64,000 nucleotides of DNA from an uncultured Chloroflexia bacterium (GTDB lineage Bacteria > Chloroflexota > Limnocylindria > Limnocylindrales > CSP1-4): positions 576,001 through 640,000 of the forward strand of contig CAVXPZ010000004.1 in the NCBI GenBank assembly GCA_963763775.1, given 5' to 3'. The notes beneath the pieces were generated by a model. It searched no databases, was not told where the DNA came from, and worked only from the letters and a program-made list of their open reading frames with translations. The position numbers and the translations under genes are program-made. Positions 41,205 through 52,732 of this stretch are shown here, one piece after another (positions within the stretch are counted from its first letter, which is position 1; the number at the start of each line of letters is the position of its first letter).

Positions 41205-41225
41205 GGTCGTGCTTCTCCTGTGGGC

Positions 41226-41265
41226 TGGCGGGAGCGCGTGGGAGTCGAACCCACCGCGCCGCGCC
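41226..41265 (-). repeat. att-site copy: 3' 40 nt of tRNA-Sec
   Basis: tggcgggagcgcgtgggagtcgaacccaccgcgccgcgcc, identical to 53693-53732. Confidence 0.95.
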
Positions 41266-41438
41266 CGTGGTCATTGACGTTCGTCGCGCGCCGCGTTGGA
41301 ACCTGACCGAACATACCCGACACAGGCCCGCCGGCCAAGACCCACAACAACGCCGACGACGTCTGCTTCAGCTGGCGCGTTGTCGTCGGCTGAGGCCATC
41401 ATCCGATCGACGACGCGAGACGATGAAGGAGCCACCCG

Positions 41439-42284
41439 ATGGAGACCGTCGCACTGAACAACGGGGTCGAGATGCCGATCCTCGGCTTCGGCGTCTTCCA
41501 GATCCCCGACGACCAGACCGAGCGGGCGGTCAGCGACGCCCTTGCGGCGGGCTACCGGTCGCTCGACACCGCGGCCGCGTACCGGAACGAAGCAGCCGTC
41601 GGACGAGCGGTCGCCAGCAGCGGCATCGCCCGCGAGGACCTGTTCATCACGACCAAGGTGTGGGTCCAGGACGCGGGTGAGGCGCACACCAGGCGGGCGT
41701 TCGACCGGTCCCTGCAGCGGCTCAGCCTGGACTTCGTCGACCTCTACCTGATCCACCAGCCGTTCGGCGACTACTACAGCGAGTGGCGGGCCATGCAGGA
41801 CCTCTACCGAGAGGGCCGCACTCGCGCCATCGGTGTCGCGAACTTCCACATGGACCGACTCGTCGACCTGATCGAGCAGAACGAGATCGTTCCCGCGATC
41901 AACCAGATCGAGACCCATCCGTTCTTCCAGCGAGCCGAGGACCACGAGTCCATGCGAGCTCGTGGGGTGCAGCACGAGGCTTGGGCCCAGTTCGCCGAGG
42001 GTCGCAACGATCTGTTCGCCGACCCGACCTTGAGCTCGATCGGGCAGGCGCACGGCAAGACGGTGGGTCAGGTGGTCCTTCGCTGGCTCGTCCAGCGCGG
42101 CATCGTCGTCATCCCGAAGTCGGTGCGGCCCGACCGGATGCGGGAGAACCTCGATGTCTTCGACTTCGACCTCACCGACGAGGAGATGGGGCGTGTGGCG
42201 ACACTGGACACGGGGTCGACGCTCTTCTTCGACCACCGCGACCCGAACCAGGCGAGCCGGCTCGGCACGATCCGCGTCGACTGA
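41439..42284 (+). CDS. aldo/keto reductase (2,5-DKG reductase-like)
   Basis: [38 protein letters not shown]. Confidence 0.93.
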   Translation: METVALNNGVEMPILGFGVFQIPDDQTERAVSDALAAGYRSLDTAAAYRNEAAVGRAVASSGIAREDLFITTKVWVQDAGEAHTRRAFDRSLQRLSLDFVDLYLIHQPFGDYYSEWRAMQDLYREGRTRAIGVANFHMDRLVDLIEQNEIVPAINQIETHPFFQRAEDHESMRARGVQHEAWAQFAEGRNDLFADPTLSSIGQAHGKTVGQVVLRWLVQRGIVVIPKSVRPDRMRENLDVFDFDLTDEEMGRVATLDTGSTLFFDHRDPNQASRLGTIRVD

Positions 42285-42331
42285 CTCCGGCCTCCGCGAA
42301 AGAGGTTGCCTAGTCGCTCCCGGCCGTGGGT

Positions 42332-42387
42332 TCGTCCGCCCTGGTGACGCCCGCGGAGGAGGCTGCGGGCGTCACCGGGATGGACGA
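42332..42387. terminator. long hairpin between convergent genes
   Basis: TCGTCCGCCCTGGTGACGCCCGCGG ... CTGCGGGCGTCACCGGGATGGACGA. Confidence 0.7.
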
Positions 42388-42392
42388 CAAGG

Positions 42393-43182
42393 TCAACTGA
42401 TCGTGTCCCAGAAGTCCGCGACCACCGCGGCCGTGGCCTCAGGGCGATCCTCGTTCGGACAATGCCCGGCGTCAGGGATGACCGTGACCGGCGCTTCGAG
42501 CTCGCGGGCCATCTGGTCCTGCATCGCCAACGGCCACGCGTCGTCGTTCTCGCCGTAGACGACGTGGACGGGCAACCCCGTGGCGCGCACCTGCTCAACG
42601 ATGGATGGCTCGGTCAGCAGGTGCTGTGCGTGCGTGACGACCGAACGAGGGTCACTCATCGCCCATCGCCGTTTGAGCACCTCGTACCTGGCGCTCTTGC
42701 GAGCCTCCGCGTCGCGACTGGGGTCCCAGGCATCTTGCATCGACTGGGTGGAGAGGACGTCGATGATGTCGGTCAGGTCGGCCAACCCGAACCGGCCTTG
42801 CGGGCCGCTGCAGAAGAGCGTCAGTGACGCCCAGAGGTCGGGCACCATCACCGCGGCCCGCTGCGCGACCAGGCCCCCGAAGGAATGACCGAGCAGGTGC
42901 GGTCGCGCGAGGTCGAACCGTCAGCCAAGGCGATCGCGTCACGCGCCAGCGAGGCGATCGTGTACGCGTCTTCGCGTTGGCTATGTGCCGATTCGTGCTG
43001 ACCTCGGTTGTCGGCGACGACGACTCGATAGCCTCGCGCTGCCAGGAGCGGGCCGACTTCCGCGAAGTCCTCCTTGCTTCCCGTGTAGCCATGGATCAAG
43101 AGGGCGTCGCCGCGGTGCTGCGCGGGTGGTCGTAGAGCTCGACGGCCAACGGCTCCCCCTGGACCACCACGGATCTCGCCAT
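42393..43182 (-). CDS. alpha/beta hydrolase (frameshifts ~42920, ~43100)
   Basis: IHGYTGSKEDF, DNRGQHES, GHSFGG (shifted frame), YGEND, AGHCPN, spread over three frames. Confidence 0.8.
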
Positions 43183-43186
43183 CGGA

Positions 43187-45574
43187 TCAGACGCCCCGGC
43201 CGGTGAGCGCGGCCGGATCGGTGCGCTCGGCCGACGGCTCCGTGCGCACGGAGCCCAGGAGTTCCTTGAGGCGGGCCTCGGGGTCAGGTCCGCCGGCGGG
43301 TGCGGCGAACTCGAGCAGATCGCGGAGGGGCATCGCACTGAAATAGCTGTGGAAGTGCGGATCGAGGTCGTCGGGATCGGTCACAGCCTCCCCGAAGACC
43401 CCGCCGAGGATCGGGGCCAGCGACCGAACCAACGCCAGGGCTGCCGGCCGTCCGGCGGCGTCCCCGAGCCAGTCTTGCAGCGGAGACATGTCGGTCAGCG
43501 TGGACGACACCGGCGCCGACTCGACCACCGTCACGGGCACGACGGCATGGAGCGCGGCAGACGAGGATCCGATCAGGATCTCGAAGTCACCGCCCTCCGT
43601 CACCCAGTCGTGCCGGCGAGGATCCCAGAACGCGAACGCTCGCGGATCAAGGCGCACGTCCACCGCCCGTGTCTCGCCAGGCTCGAGGCGCACCTTGGCA
43701 AATCCACGAAGCTCCTTCTCCGGACGCCGCACGGACGCGTCGACATCGCGCACGTACACCTGCACGACGTCACTCCCTGCACGGCCGCCGGTGTTGGTGA
43801 CATCGACGGTGACGGTGACGGCGTCGACGTCCAGGAAGGTCCTTGCCGATGCGCGCGCCTGGGCATAGCCGAATGTCGTGTACGACAGGCCGTAGCCGAA
43901 CGGGAAGGCCACCGGCAGATCCCGCCCCTCGTACCAGCGATAGCCGATGTACAGCCCCTCGCCATAGCCGACCCGGTCCGCGTCACCCGGGAAGTCGAGG
44001 TACGCGGGGGTGTCCTCCAGCCGAAGCGGGAACGTCTCGGCGAGGCGTCCGGACGGGTTGACGACGCCGAACAGGATGTCCGCGACCGCGCCGCCCGCAG
44101 CCTGGCCCGAATACCACGCCTCGAGGACTGCGGCCGCGCCGTCGATCCACGGTGTCACGGTGACGGCGGAACCATTGAACAGGACCACGACCGTCCGAGG
44201 TTGCGCGCCACAGACGGCACGGATGAGCGTCACGTGATGCGGCGGGAGGTCCAGGTCCACCCGATCGCTGCCTTCCGATTCCTTCGTGACCGGCATCGCC
44301 ACGAAGACGACGGCGATGTCCGAGTCGGTGGCGGCCGCGACCGCGGCGGCCACGAGGTCGGGCCGCTCCATCTCTCCGTCGTCATAGCCTTCGGAGTACG
44401 AGGTCTCGGCGTCGCCGGCAAGCCGACGCAGTTCGTCGATCGGGACGTCGACGTGTGTCGGCGTGATCTGCGAGCTGCCGCCACCCTGGATCCGGGGCTC
44501 CTTGGCCGCTCGTCCGATGACCGCGATCCGCCCGCCACCGGAGAGCGGGAGCACGCCGTCGTTCTTGAGCAGGACCATACCGTCGGCGGCGATCCGCCTC
44601 GCGAGGGCGTGATGCGCGGCCGCGTCGAACGAGCCGCCCTTCGGCGTTGCCGACGCCCGCGAGATCACGCGCAGGACACGCAGCGCCGCGCCGTCGACGA
44701 TCTCCTCGTCGAGGGCGCCGGCATCGACCGCATCGATGACCGAACGCACGCGCCGGGGCCGCGGGCCTGGCATCTCGAGGTCGGTACCGGCCGCCAGGGC
44801 GCTTGGACGATCGTGGACGGCCGCCCAGTCCGAGACCACGAACCCGTCGAACCCCCACTCGGACCGGAGCACGTCCGTCAGGAGACCTCGGTGCTCCGAT
44901 GCATAGACACCGTTGATCCGGTTGTAGGCGCACATGACGGTCCATGGCTTGGCTGTCTTGACAGCGTGCTCGAAGGCCGGCAGGTACACCTCGCGGAGCG
45001 TGCGCTCGTCGACTTCGGCGCTGACCGACATCCGGCGCGTCTCCTGGTTGTTGACGGCCAGATGCTTCAGCGACGCCCCGATCCCGAGCGACTGCACGCC
45101 GTCGATCCATCCGACGGCGAGGCGCCCGGCCAGGAAGGGATCCTCCGAGAAGTATTCGAAGTTCCGACCACAGAGCGGCGACCGCTTCATGTTGACGCCG
45201 GGTCCGAGGACGACGTCGACCTCCAGGGCGATCGCCTCGCGCCCGATCGCCTGGCCCATCTCGCGCACAAGGTCCGGATCCCACGTGGCAGCGGTGCTCG
45301 AGGCCGTCGGGAAGCAGGTCGCGGCGGTCGCGCCGAACGCCATCGACCCCGTGGAATGCGTGCGCCGCACCCCGTGGGGGCCGTCAGCCATCCGCAGCGA
45401 CGGCAGGCCGAGACGGGGCACGGCCGCGGTCGTCCACGCGGAGTCGCCCGTCAGCAGCGTCGCCTTCTCCTCGAGGGTCATCTCGGCGAGATGGCCCCGC
45501 GCGATCGCGTCGACGCTCGCCGAGGCGGACGTCGCGTCGGGTGATCGGTCCCGGGTCTCGCCATCGACCGTCAT
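43187..45574 (-). CDS. GH3 beta-glucosidase
   Basis: ADGPHGVR, GRNFEYFSEDP, KHLAVNNQE, VVSDW nucleophile, FPFGYGLSYT, Fn3-like domain. No signal peptide. Confidence 0.95.
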   Translation of the reverse strand: MTVDGETRDRSPDATSASASVDAIARGHLAEMTLEEKATLLTGDSAWTTAAVPRLGLPSLRMADGPHGVRRTHSTGSMAFGATAATCFPTASSTAATWDPDLVREMGQAIGREAIALEVDVVLGPGVNMKRSPLCGRNFEYFSEDPFLAGRLAVGWIDGVQSLGIGASLKHLAVNNQETRRMSVSAEVDERTLREVYLPAFEHAVKTAKPWTVMCAYNRINGVYASEHRGLLTDVLRSEWGFDGFVVSDWAAVHDRPSALAAGTDLEMPGPRPRRVRSVIDAVDAGALDEEIVDGAALRVLRVISRASATPKGGSFDAAAHHALARRIAADGMVLLKNDGVLPLSGGGRIAVIGRAAKEPRIQGGGSSQITPTHVDVPIDELRRLAGDAETSYSEGYDDGEMERPDLVAAAVAAATDSDIAVVFVAMPVTKESEGSDRVDLDLPPHHVTLIRAVCGAQPRTVVVLFNGSAVTVTPWIDGAAAVLEAWYSGQAAGGAVADILFGVVNPSGRLAETFPLRLEDTPAYLDFPGDADRVGYGEGLYIGYRWYEGRDLPVAFPFGYGLSYTTFGYAQARASARTFLDVDAVTVTVDVTNTGGRAGSDVVQVYVRDVDASVRRPEKELRGFAKVRLEPGETRAVDVRLDPRAFAFWDPRRHDWVTEGGDFEILIGSSSAALHAVVPVTVVESAPVSSTLTDMSPLQDWLGDAAGRPAALALVRSLAPILGGVFGEAVTDPDDLDPHFHSYFSAMPLRDLLEFAAPAGGPDPEARLKELLGSVRTEPSAERTDPAALTGRGV

Positions 45575-48281
45575 GGCGCCACGGTCGAGACGAGGGCCGG
45601 GCGGGTCACCTCGATCGTGTGCCGGCCGGGTGCCAGCACTGACGTCAGCCTGGGGTCTCCCACCAGCCGCCGTCCGTCCACGACCACCTCCGACGAAGGG
45701 CCGGATGGCGGGTCGAACACGCCGGTGGTCCCGAATGGCAGATCGACGACGGCCGAGAACGACTCGCCCGCGACACGCCAGGCGATCGACACCGGGCCCT
45801 GTGGGGCGTCGAGCGAGGCCGTGCAGGCGGTGATCGACTCGTCGGGGCGTGGCGCCACGATGACGCGGCGGTACCCGGGGCTCGAGATATCTGGCGCCAG
45901 ACCCGCGACGGTGCGGTAGATCCAGTCGACGACGGCGCCATAGGCGTAGTGGTTGAAGGACAGCATCTGGCCACCCTCGCCGCCGCCTTCCACGCCAGGC
46001 ACGGGCGCCATGACGCCAGGATGGATGGATCCGTCCGGGCGGATGGCGTCCCAGCGCTCCCAGACCGTCGTCGCTCCGCGAGTGACCTGATACAGCCAGG
46101 ATGGCGCCTCGCGACAGAGGAGCGCGAGATACGCCTCCTCGAGGTGCCCGGTCGCGGCCAGGGCCGGGAGCACCAAGGGCGTCCCGAGGAACCCCGTCGC
46201 AACCCGCCCTTGTTCGGCTTTCACGAGCGCGGCCAGGGTGTCACCGATGCGCTGCCGCTCATCGTCCGGGACCAGCCCGAACTGGATCGCGACGGCGCAG
46301 CCCGTCTGATTCGAGGCCACGTGCTCGTGCCAACGGGCCCACGTCGCCGACCCGACCGCCCGGGCGATGCCCTCATAGCGAGCGGCATCCGCCGGTTCCC
46401 CGATGAGCGAGGCAGCGCGCGCCGTGAGGCGTGCGCTGTGGGCGAAGAAGGCATTGGCCAGGAAGGTGGGATCCGTCCTGGCCTCCCAGGGACGATCGGG
46501 CGGAGCCGTCGGATCCAGCCAGTCGCCGAACTGGAAGCCGTCGGGCAGCAAGCCGTTCGTGCCACACCGACCAAGGAGGGATCCGATCCAACCACGCATG
46601 CTCGGGTACTGGTCGCGCACGACGGTGACATCGCCGTAGGACTCGTAGACGGCCCACGGCACGATCGTGGCCGCGTCCCCCCAGCCCGCTCGCCCGAACC
46701 GCGCCTCGCCTTGCAGCACGACATCCGGGACCACGGAGGGCACCCCCATCACCGGGTCCTGGTCGAACGCCAGATCGCGCAACCAGCTTGCCCAGAACGA
46801 CTGTGCGTCGAACAGGGTGCAGGCGGTCGACGCGAAGGCCTGGGCGTCCCCGGTCCAACCGAGACGCTCGTCCCGTTGCGGGCAATCCGTCGGGACCGAG
46901 ACGAAGTTGTCCCGCTGCGACCAGACGACGTTCTCGTGGAATCGGTTCAGGTCCGCGTCGGAGGACTCGAACGTGCCTCGCCGCGGGGTCGCGCTGCTGA
47001 TCGCCACGTGCGCGGCATCGATGACCTCCGCATCGGTCTCGATCTCCGCGTAGCGAAAGCCATGGAACGTGAACATCGGCTCGAGGACGACAGTCTGGTC
47101 ATCGGCGAGGAGGTAGGTATCGGTCGCCTTGGCCGTTCGGAGGGAGAGAGTGTGCAGCGATCCGTCCGGCTCGAGTACCTCGGCGTGGCGCACCGTGACG
47201 CACTGGTCGCGTCGGCCTCGGACGGTGATCCGCACGTGGCCGGTCATGTTCTGACCCCCATCAGTGCGAAACAGCCCGGGCCGAACCTCGACCGGCGACA
47301 CTGGGATCGAGGCGACGACGCGGACCGGCGGAGCGATGCGAGGCTCGAGGATCCGACTGTCGAACGGCACCTCCGCGGCGTGGGCCCATGACGCGTCGTC
47401 GAACCCCGGCAGCTCCCAGCCGCCCTGCTCCTCACGGAGGTCGATCTCCGCCCCGTCGTACATGTCCGCGGCCCGGATCGCGCCCGTCGACGCTCGCCAT
47501 CGACCGTCCGTCGGGACCGTGAGGGCCCGACCGTCTTCCAGGTCGACTTCGAGTTGGGCGAACAAGGCCACATCGGTGCCGTAGCGAGCCCGCCCGCCGT
47601 CAGGTCCCCATCCGAGGCGACCTCGATACCAGCCGTCGCCCACCACACCCGTGATGACGTTGTCACCGATGCGAAGCAGGTCGGTCACGTCGTACGCCTC
47701 GACCAGGAGACGATCGCGATAGGCGGTCCATCCCGGGGCGAGGATGTCCTCGGAGACGGGGCGACCATTGATGGCCATCGAAAGGACCCCATGCGCGGTC
47801 GCGTAGAGCCGTGCGCGGCGGGGAGGCCCGGGACATCGAATGTCCGTCGCAGCAGTGGCGGCGGTGCCTGCCGAGCTCGGCCGGGGTCGTCGGGGATCGT
47901 GATCCCGGTCGCCGTCCAATCGCTCGACTGGAGCAGCCCCGCCTCGATCCGAAGCGTCGAACTCCAATCGGACCATCCGGTGTCGGTCCGGATCCGGACC
48001 CGGTAGTGGCGGACCTCCCGACTCTCGAGTGGTGCGCCGGGGGCCGCGACCGCGACCTGGTCATCCGAGTCCACGACGCCGGTCGTGGCCAGCCCTTCCT
48101 CGAAGGCGGGGGTCGAGGCGGACTGGACCTCGTACGAGAGCTGCCGGAGGCCCTGGTTCGATGTCGAGACCTGCCAGGTCAAGCGGATGGGATCGGTGCC
48201 GGCGACCAGGACGGACGTCGGGATCTGGCTGACGAGACGCGTGACGACGGCGCTCGGGGGCGTCGTTCGAGTCGAAGTCAC
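45571..48281 (-). CDS. GH78 alpha-L-rhamnosidase (frameshift ~47815)
   Basis: LAPGWTAY, FTFHGFRY, PTDCPQRDERLGWTGD, FGDWLDP, GATTVWERWD, SFNHYAYG. Confidence 0.93.
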
Positions 48282-48312
48282 TGGCGCGGCACCTCGGGCG
48301 AGTGGGAGTGGA

Positions 48313-49130
48313 TCAGCCTTTGACCGCGCCTGCCGTCATGCCCGAGACGATCTGGCGCTGGAAGAAGATGAACATGATCAGCGGTGGGATCGTGATGACG
48401 ACCACGTCCGCGAAGAGCAGGTTCCAGCGAGTAGGAACTGGCTTATGAAGTTGAACAACGTCAGCTGCACGGTCACGTTCTCGTTCCCGGGCAGGAAGTA
48501 GAGCGGGTCGGCGAAGTCGTTGTAGATGGCAACCGACAGACGACGATCACCGTGATGATGGCCGGCCGCAGGAGCGGGAAGATCACGATGGAGAAGAACC
48601 GCAACGGCGACGCGCCATCCATGAGCGCGGCCTCGTCGATCTCACTCGGGATGACCGCCATGAAGGCCACGAAGATCAGGGTCGCGAAGGGCAGCGCGAA
48701 GGCGACCTCGACCATGATCAGCCCGAGGAGCGTCTTGTAGAGACCAAGCCCCTGCAGCAGGAAGATCGTCGGCACGACGGCCGGAGGGATGATGAGCCCC
48801 GCGAGCAAGAGGGAACTGACCAGTGCCGCGACCCGATCGCGCCGTCGCTGCATCACGAAGGCGACCAGCGACGCGAGCAAGACCGTGATCGCGACCGAGC
48901 CGACGGTCAGGATCAGGCTGTTCCACAGCGCCAGGATCATGAGGCCGTTCCGCACGCTCAGGACGGCCCGGATGTTCTCGATCAACTGCAAGTTGCTCGG
49001 CCAAGCGAACTCGAGGGAGACGCCTCGGCCGGGTCTTGGCCGCCGTCAGGACGATGAAGATGAATGGCACGACAAAACGACGATGCCGATCGACGAGCGC
49101 GACGACGTCGACCCAGTAGCGCCGGGCCAC
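48313..49130 (-). CDS. carbohydrate ABC transporter permease (frameshifted)
   Basis: IPSEIDEAALMDGAS EAA loop. Fragments in several frames. Confidence 0.85.
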
Positions 49131-49142
49131 GACGAGCGGCCC

Positions 49143-49984
49143 TCACAGCTCAATCTCCCGCTTGGAAGAACCGCATCAGCGGATAGACGAGGATCGTGAC
49201 GAGAATGAACAGGACCACATTGCCGGCGGTCGACAGGCCATAGAACCCCGCCTGATACTCCTTGTAGATCACCGAGGTGAGCACGTCCGATGGCGAAGCC
49301 GGGACCGCCGTGGGTCATGGTCCAGATCAGGTCGAACGACCGCAGCCCGCCGATAAACGACAGCAGGATGACCGTGAACGTCGCGTTGCGGGCCAGGGGA
49401 ATGATGACGTAGCGGAACTTCACCCAGGTCCCGCCCTCGAGCCGGGCGGCTTCGAAGTACTCCACCGGGATCGACAGGATGCCGGCGATGAAGATCACCG
49501 TCGCGATGCCGACGCCCTTCCAGACGTCGACCAGCGCCACCGAGAGCAGCGCGAGGTCCGGATTGCCCAGCCAGTCCGGGTGCGGGGAGCCCGACGAGCG
49601 CCGAGGGTCGGTGTTGATGAGCCCCACGGACGGCTGCATCAGCGTGGCGAACGTGATCCCGACGGCAACGGTGCTGACGAGCACCGGGAAGAAGATGATG
49701 CGAGCGGAGCCCCGAGCGCGGATCCTGGAGGTGAGCAGCATCGCCAGCGGCAGCCGAGGATGACCTTTGAGCCCGCTCGTGAGCACGGCATAGATGAGCG
49801 TGTTGCGCAGCCCGCCGATGAGCTGGGGTCGCTCCAGGAACTCGCCGAAGTTGTCGAGTCCGATGAACGTCGCATCGAACAGCGTCCAGCGGGTCAGGCT
49901 GAAGTAGAACGCGAGCGCGGTCGGCACGAGGAAGAACACGCCGAACACGAGACCTGCCGGGAAGATAAAACCATGGGGGTACAT
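49143..49984 (-). CDS. carbohydrate ABC transporter permease (frameshifted; start uncertain)
   Basis: FIGLDNF, WKGVG, SIPVEYFEAARLEG, SFDLIWTMTHGGPG. Confidence 0.85.
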
Positions 49985-50118
49985 GGACGTCCGCGGCGCT
50001 CGGTTCGACCTCTGGCGCGCGGGGCGATGCTCGCGGGCGCGTTCGGAGACGTGAACGGCCGGCCGTGACCGGTCGACCGTCCCTCGGTGGACTGGCGCGT
50101 CGCGTCCAGTCCAGGAAC

Positions 50119-51500
50119 TTACCAGCCCGGCAGACCGAGCTGCTTGGCCTGCTTCTCAACATCCTTGTCGTAGGTCGCGCCGTCCGTCGGCGTCATCTGG
50201 CCGGTTCCGACGGCAACGGAGATCTGCTCGAGGGACGGACCCTTCACCGGCGAGAGGAACTCAAGCGCCGGCGTGCGGCGTTGCCGGATCGATGTAGCGG
50301 CGAGGTCCTTCACGGCGGGAAGGACGTTGTCGGGCAGCTTCGCGCCCTTGATGACGTACGGGCCTGGGGGCGGACTTCGCGGCGGTTGCTGCGTCGACGC
50401 CGGCAGTCGGAGGCGATGAACGCCAGGAAATCCTTGGCCTCGGCGAGGTTCTTGCTGTCGTCTTCGGGATGTAGGTCCCGGCGGGCATCCAGATCGTCGC
50501 GCCAGTTCTTGGCGGCATCCGTGCCGGGCAGCGCGAAGAAGCCGATGTCGTTCACCTGGCATCGGGCGAGTTGGTCGCGATGGTCGAGAGCGCAAAGGAC
50601 AGCATCGGGTACTGGGCGCCCTTGCCGTCGGCGAGCAGCTTCAAGCCTTGGTCGAAGTCGTGGTCGCGAAGTCCTTCTGATACCAGCCCTTCTCGAAGCC
50701 CTCCTGCAGATAGCTGAAGCCGGCCATCGCCGCAGGGGTCGTCGGCGTACTTGGCCTTGTTGGCGGTGTAGTCGGCGGCGAAGTTCGGGACGGCCTGCGC
50801 GACGTTGTAGTAGTCGGCGAGCACGAACAGCTGGGAGGTCCAGTCGTCGGCCGTAGGTGGCAATGACCGGCGCGATACCGGCCGCCTTGATCTTGTCGTT
50901 GTTGGCTTCGAACTCAGCCCAGGTCTTGGGCACGCTCAGCCCGTTGCTGCGTAGATCTTCTTGTTGTAGAGGATACCGCCGCCCATCGCCGTGCCGACTC
51001 GGCACGCCGAAGATCTGCCCGTTCTGCGACACGGTCGGGAGGAACGAGTCGACGATGTTGGCGATGAACGGCTCCTTCGGAGGTCGACGAGCGTGTCGGT
51101 CGGGTGCAGGGCCTGGAGCAGCGAGCCGGAGTTGTACCAGAAGATATCCGTCATGTCGCCCGTCGCAAGGCGTCGTCTTGACGAGGTTGTCGCCTTCGGT
51201 GCCGCCCGGCCGGCTCTCGACGTTGATGGTCACGTTGGGATGCATCGCCGTGTAGGCGTCGGCGAGCGCTTTGGCCGAGCTGCTGGTTCGCCTGCGATCG
51301 TCGACCAGGTACTTCAGCGTGACAGCCGCGGCCGATGGCTCGGGCGTCGCGGTCGGTGCGGCCACGGACGCGGCAGCCGTCGCGGCGGCCGACGCGGCCG
51401 CGCTCGGTGACGCATTCCCCCCGCTACTGCTGCAGGCGCTGACGGCCAGCGCCGTCATCGCAGTGAGGACGATCGCTCGCCTCATTCGTGTGAGATCCAT
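50119..51500 (-). CDS. sugar ABC transporter substrate-binding lipoprotein (many frameshifts)
   Basis: Lipobox LAVSAC, RPGGTEGDNLVKT, DIFWYNSGSLL, PKTWAEF, C-terminal AKQLGLPGW. Confidence 0.85.
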
Positions 51501-51620
51501 GGACTTCCTCCTCATTGGCCATCTGCCTCGGTCGGCGCGACCCAGCTCGTCGCGCACGTCCGTCCCCAGGCGCTTCTCAGTTCGTCGTGTGCGGATCGCG
51601 CTGATCCTCCTTCCTCGTCC

Positions 51621-52535
51621 TCAACGGAGTGACGATGACGTCGACGTGGGCGTGTCTCCGTGACCCCGGTCGACTCGGGTGGACCCGGTGGACACGCTCT
51701 CGACCGCCGGATCGGTGGCGGAGGGCACGAGCCAGATCTCGATGCCGCCCGCCTCCGGGGCCGTGACCATGGATGCAGGGGCTGCCCGATCCGAGATGAC
51801 GCCCGTCAGTTCCTCGGTCCGGCAGAAGGTCGCGAAGGCCGTGTGGCCCCACTTGGTGTGGTCGACGATGGCGATGACCTGGCGAGCCGCCTCGACCATC
51901 GACCGTTTGATCTGGGCTTCCTCCTCTGTGGCGTCGGAGAGGCCCGTCTCGAAGGTGAACCCGGCGGCGCCAACGAACGCGGTCTGGACGTTGATCCGGT
52001 CGAAGACGCCCGCGCCGATAGTCCCGACCACCGAGAGGGCCTCCCAGCGGACCCACCCGCCCGGGAGGACGACCGCGATCCCCGGACAGCCGGCCAGCTC
52101 GGAGGCGATCCGCAGGCCGTTCGTCACGACCGTCAGGTGGTTCCAGCTGCCTCGAGCGCGGATCGCGCGGGCGAGGTGGAGCCCGGTCGTACTGGCGTCG
52201 ATCGCGATGCACTCGCCATCGTTGACCCGCGTCGCGGCGGCGGCCCCGATGGCGGCCTTCTCGGTGCGCCGCAGGCGCTCGCGGACGTCGAACGACCCCT
52301 CGGACGGCCGCGCGGTGGAGGTGATGGCGCCGCCATGCGCCCGCGTGACACGTCCGTCGGCCGCGAGGGCGGCGAGGTCCTTGCGGATGGTCTGACGAGA
52401 CACGCCGAACCGGTCGCTCAAGTCGCCGACGCGGACTCGACCGTGCGCATCGACGAGCCGGGCGATAGCCTGCCGGCGCTCGCTCGAGAATGCGTCGGGG
52501 CCGCGTGGATGCTGGCTGGCGAGGGCGTCGGTCAT
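51621..52535 (-). CDS. DeoR/GlpR family transcriptional regulator
   Basis: ERRQAI..LSDRFGVSRQTIRKDL, HGGA, EKAAIG, IDASTT, VVTNGL. Confidence 0.92.
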   Translation of the reverse strand: MTDALASQHPRGPDAFSSERRQAIARLVDAHGRVRVGDLSDRFGVSRQTIRKDLAALAADGRVTRAHGGAITSTARPSEGSFDVRERLRRTEKAAIGAAAATRVNDGECIAIDASTTGLHLARAIRARGSWNHLTVVTNGLRIASELAGCPGIAVVLPGGWVRWEALSVVGTIGAGVFDRINVQTAFVGAAGFTFETGLSDATEEEAQIKRSMVEAARQVIAIVDHTKWGHTAFATFCRTEELTGVISDRAAPASMVTAPEAGGIEIWLVPSATDPAVESVSTGSTRVDRGHGDTPTSTSSSLR

Positions 52536-52732
52536 GCGCGGGACCTCGATGATCGCCGGCGATCCATCGATCGACCTCCATCGCCGAGCCGGCTCATCTC
52601 CGGCCGGTCGTCGTCGCCCGAAGATAGGGATGCGCCCGATATCGAAGTTGGCAATGGTTGTCGGGAGGTTGCACAATCTTGCGGATGTCCGATGGTGTGA
52701 AACGAAGGCGCTCCGAACGCAACCTTTGGCAC

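Noticed and set aside
41226-41265. Second tRNA gene
   Set aside because: Only part of the variable arm, the T arm and the acceptor 3' strand are present. There is no D or anticodon arm, so it is an att duplicate.
52640-52685. Possible RhaS-like binding site between DeoR and AraC genes
   Set aside because: The AT-richer promoter DNA has GTTG/TTGC repeats, but I cannot define a convincing half-site pair.
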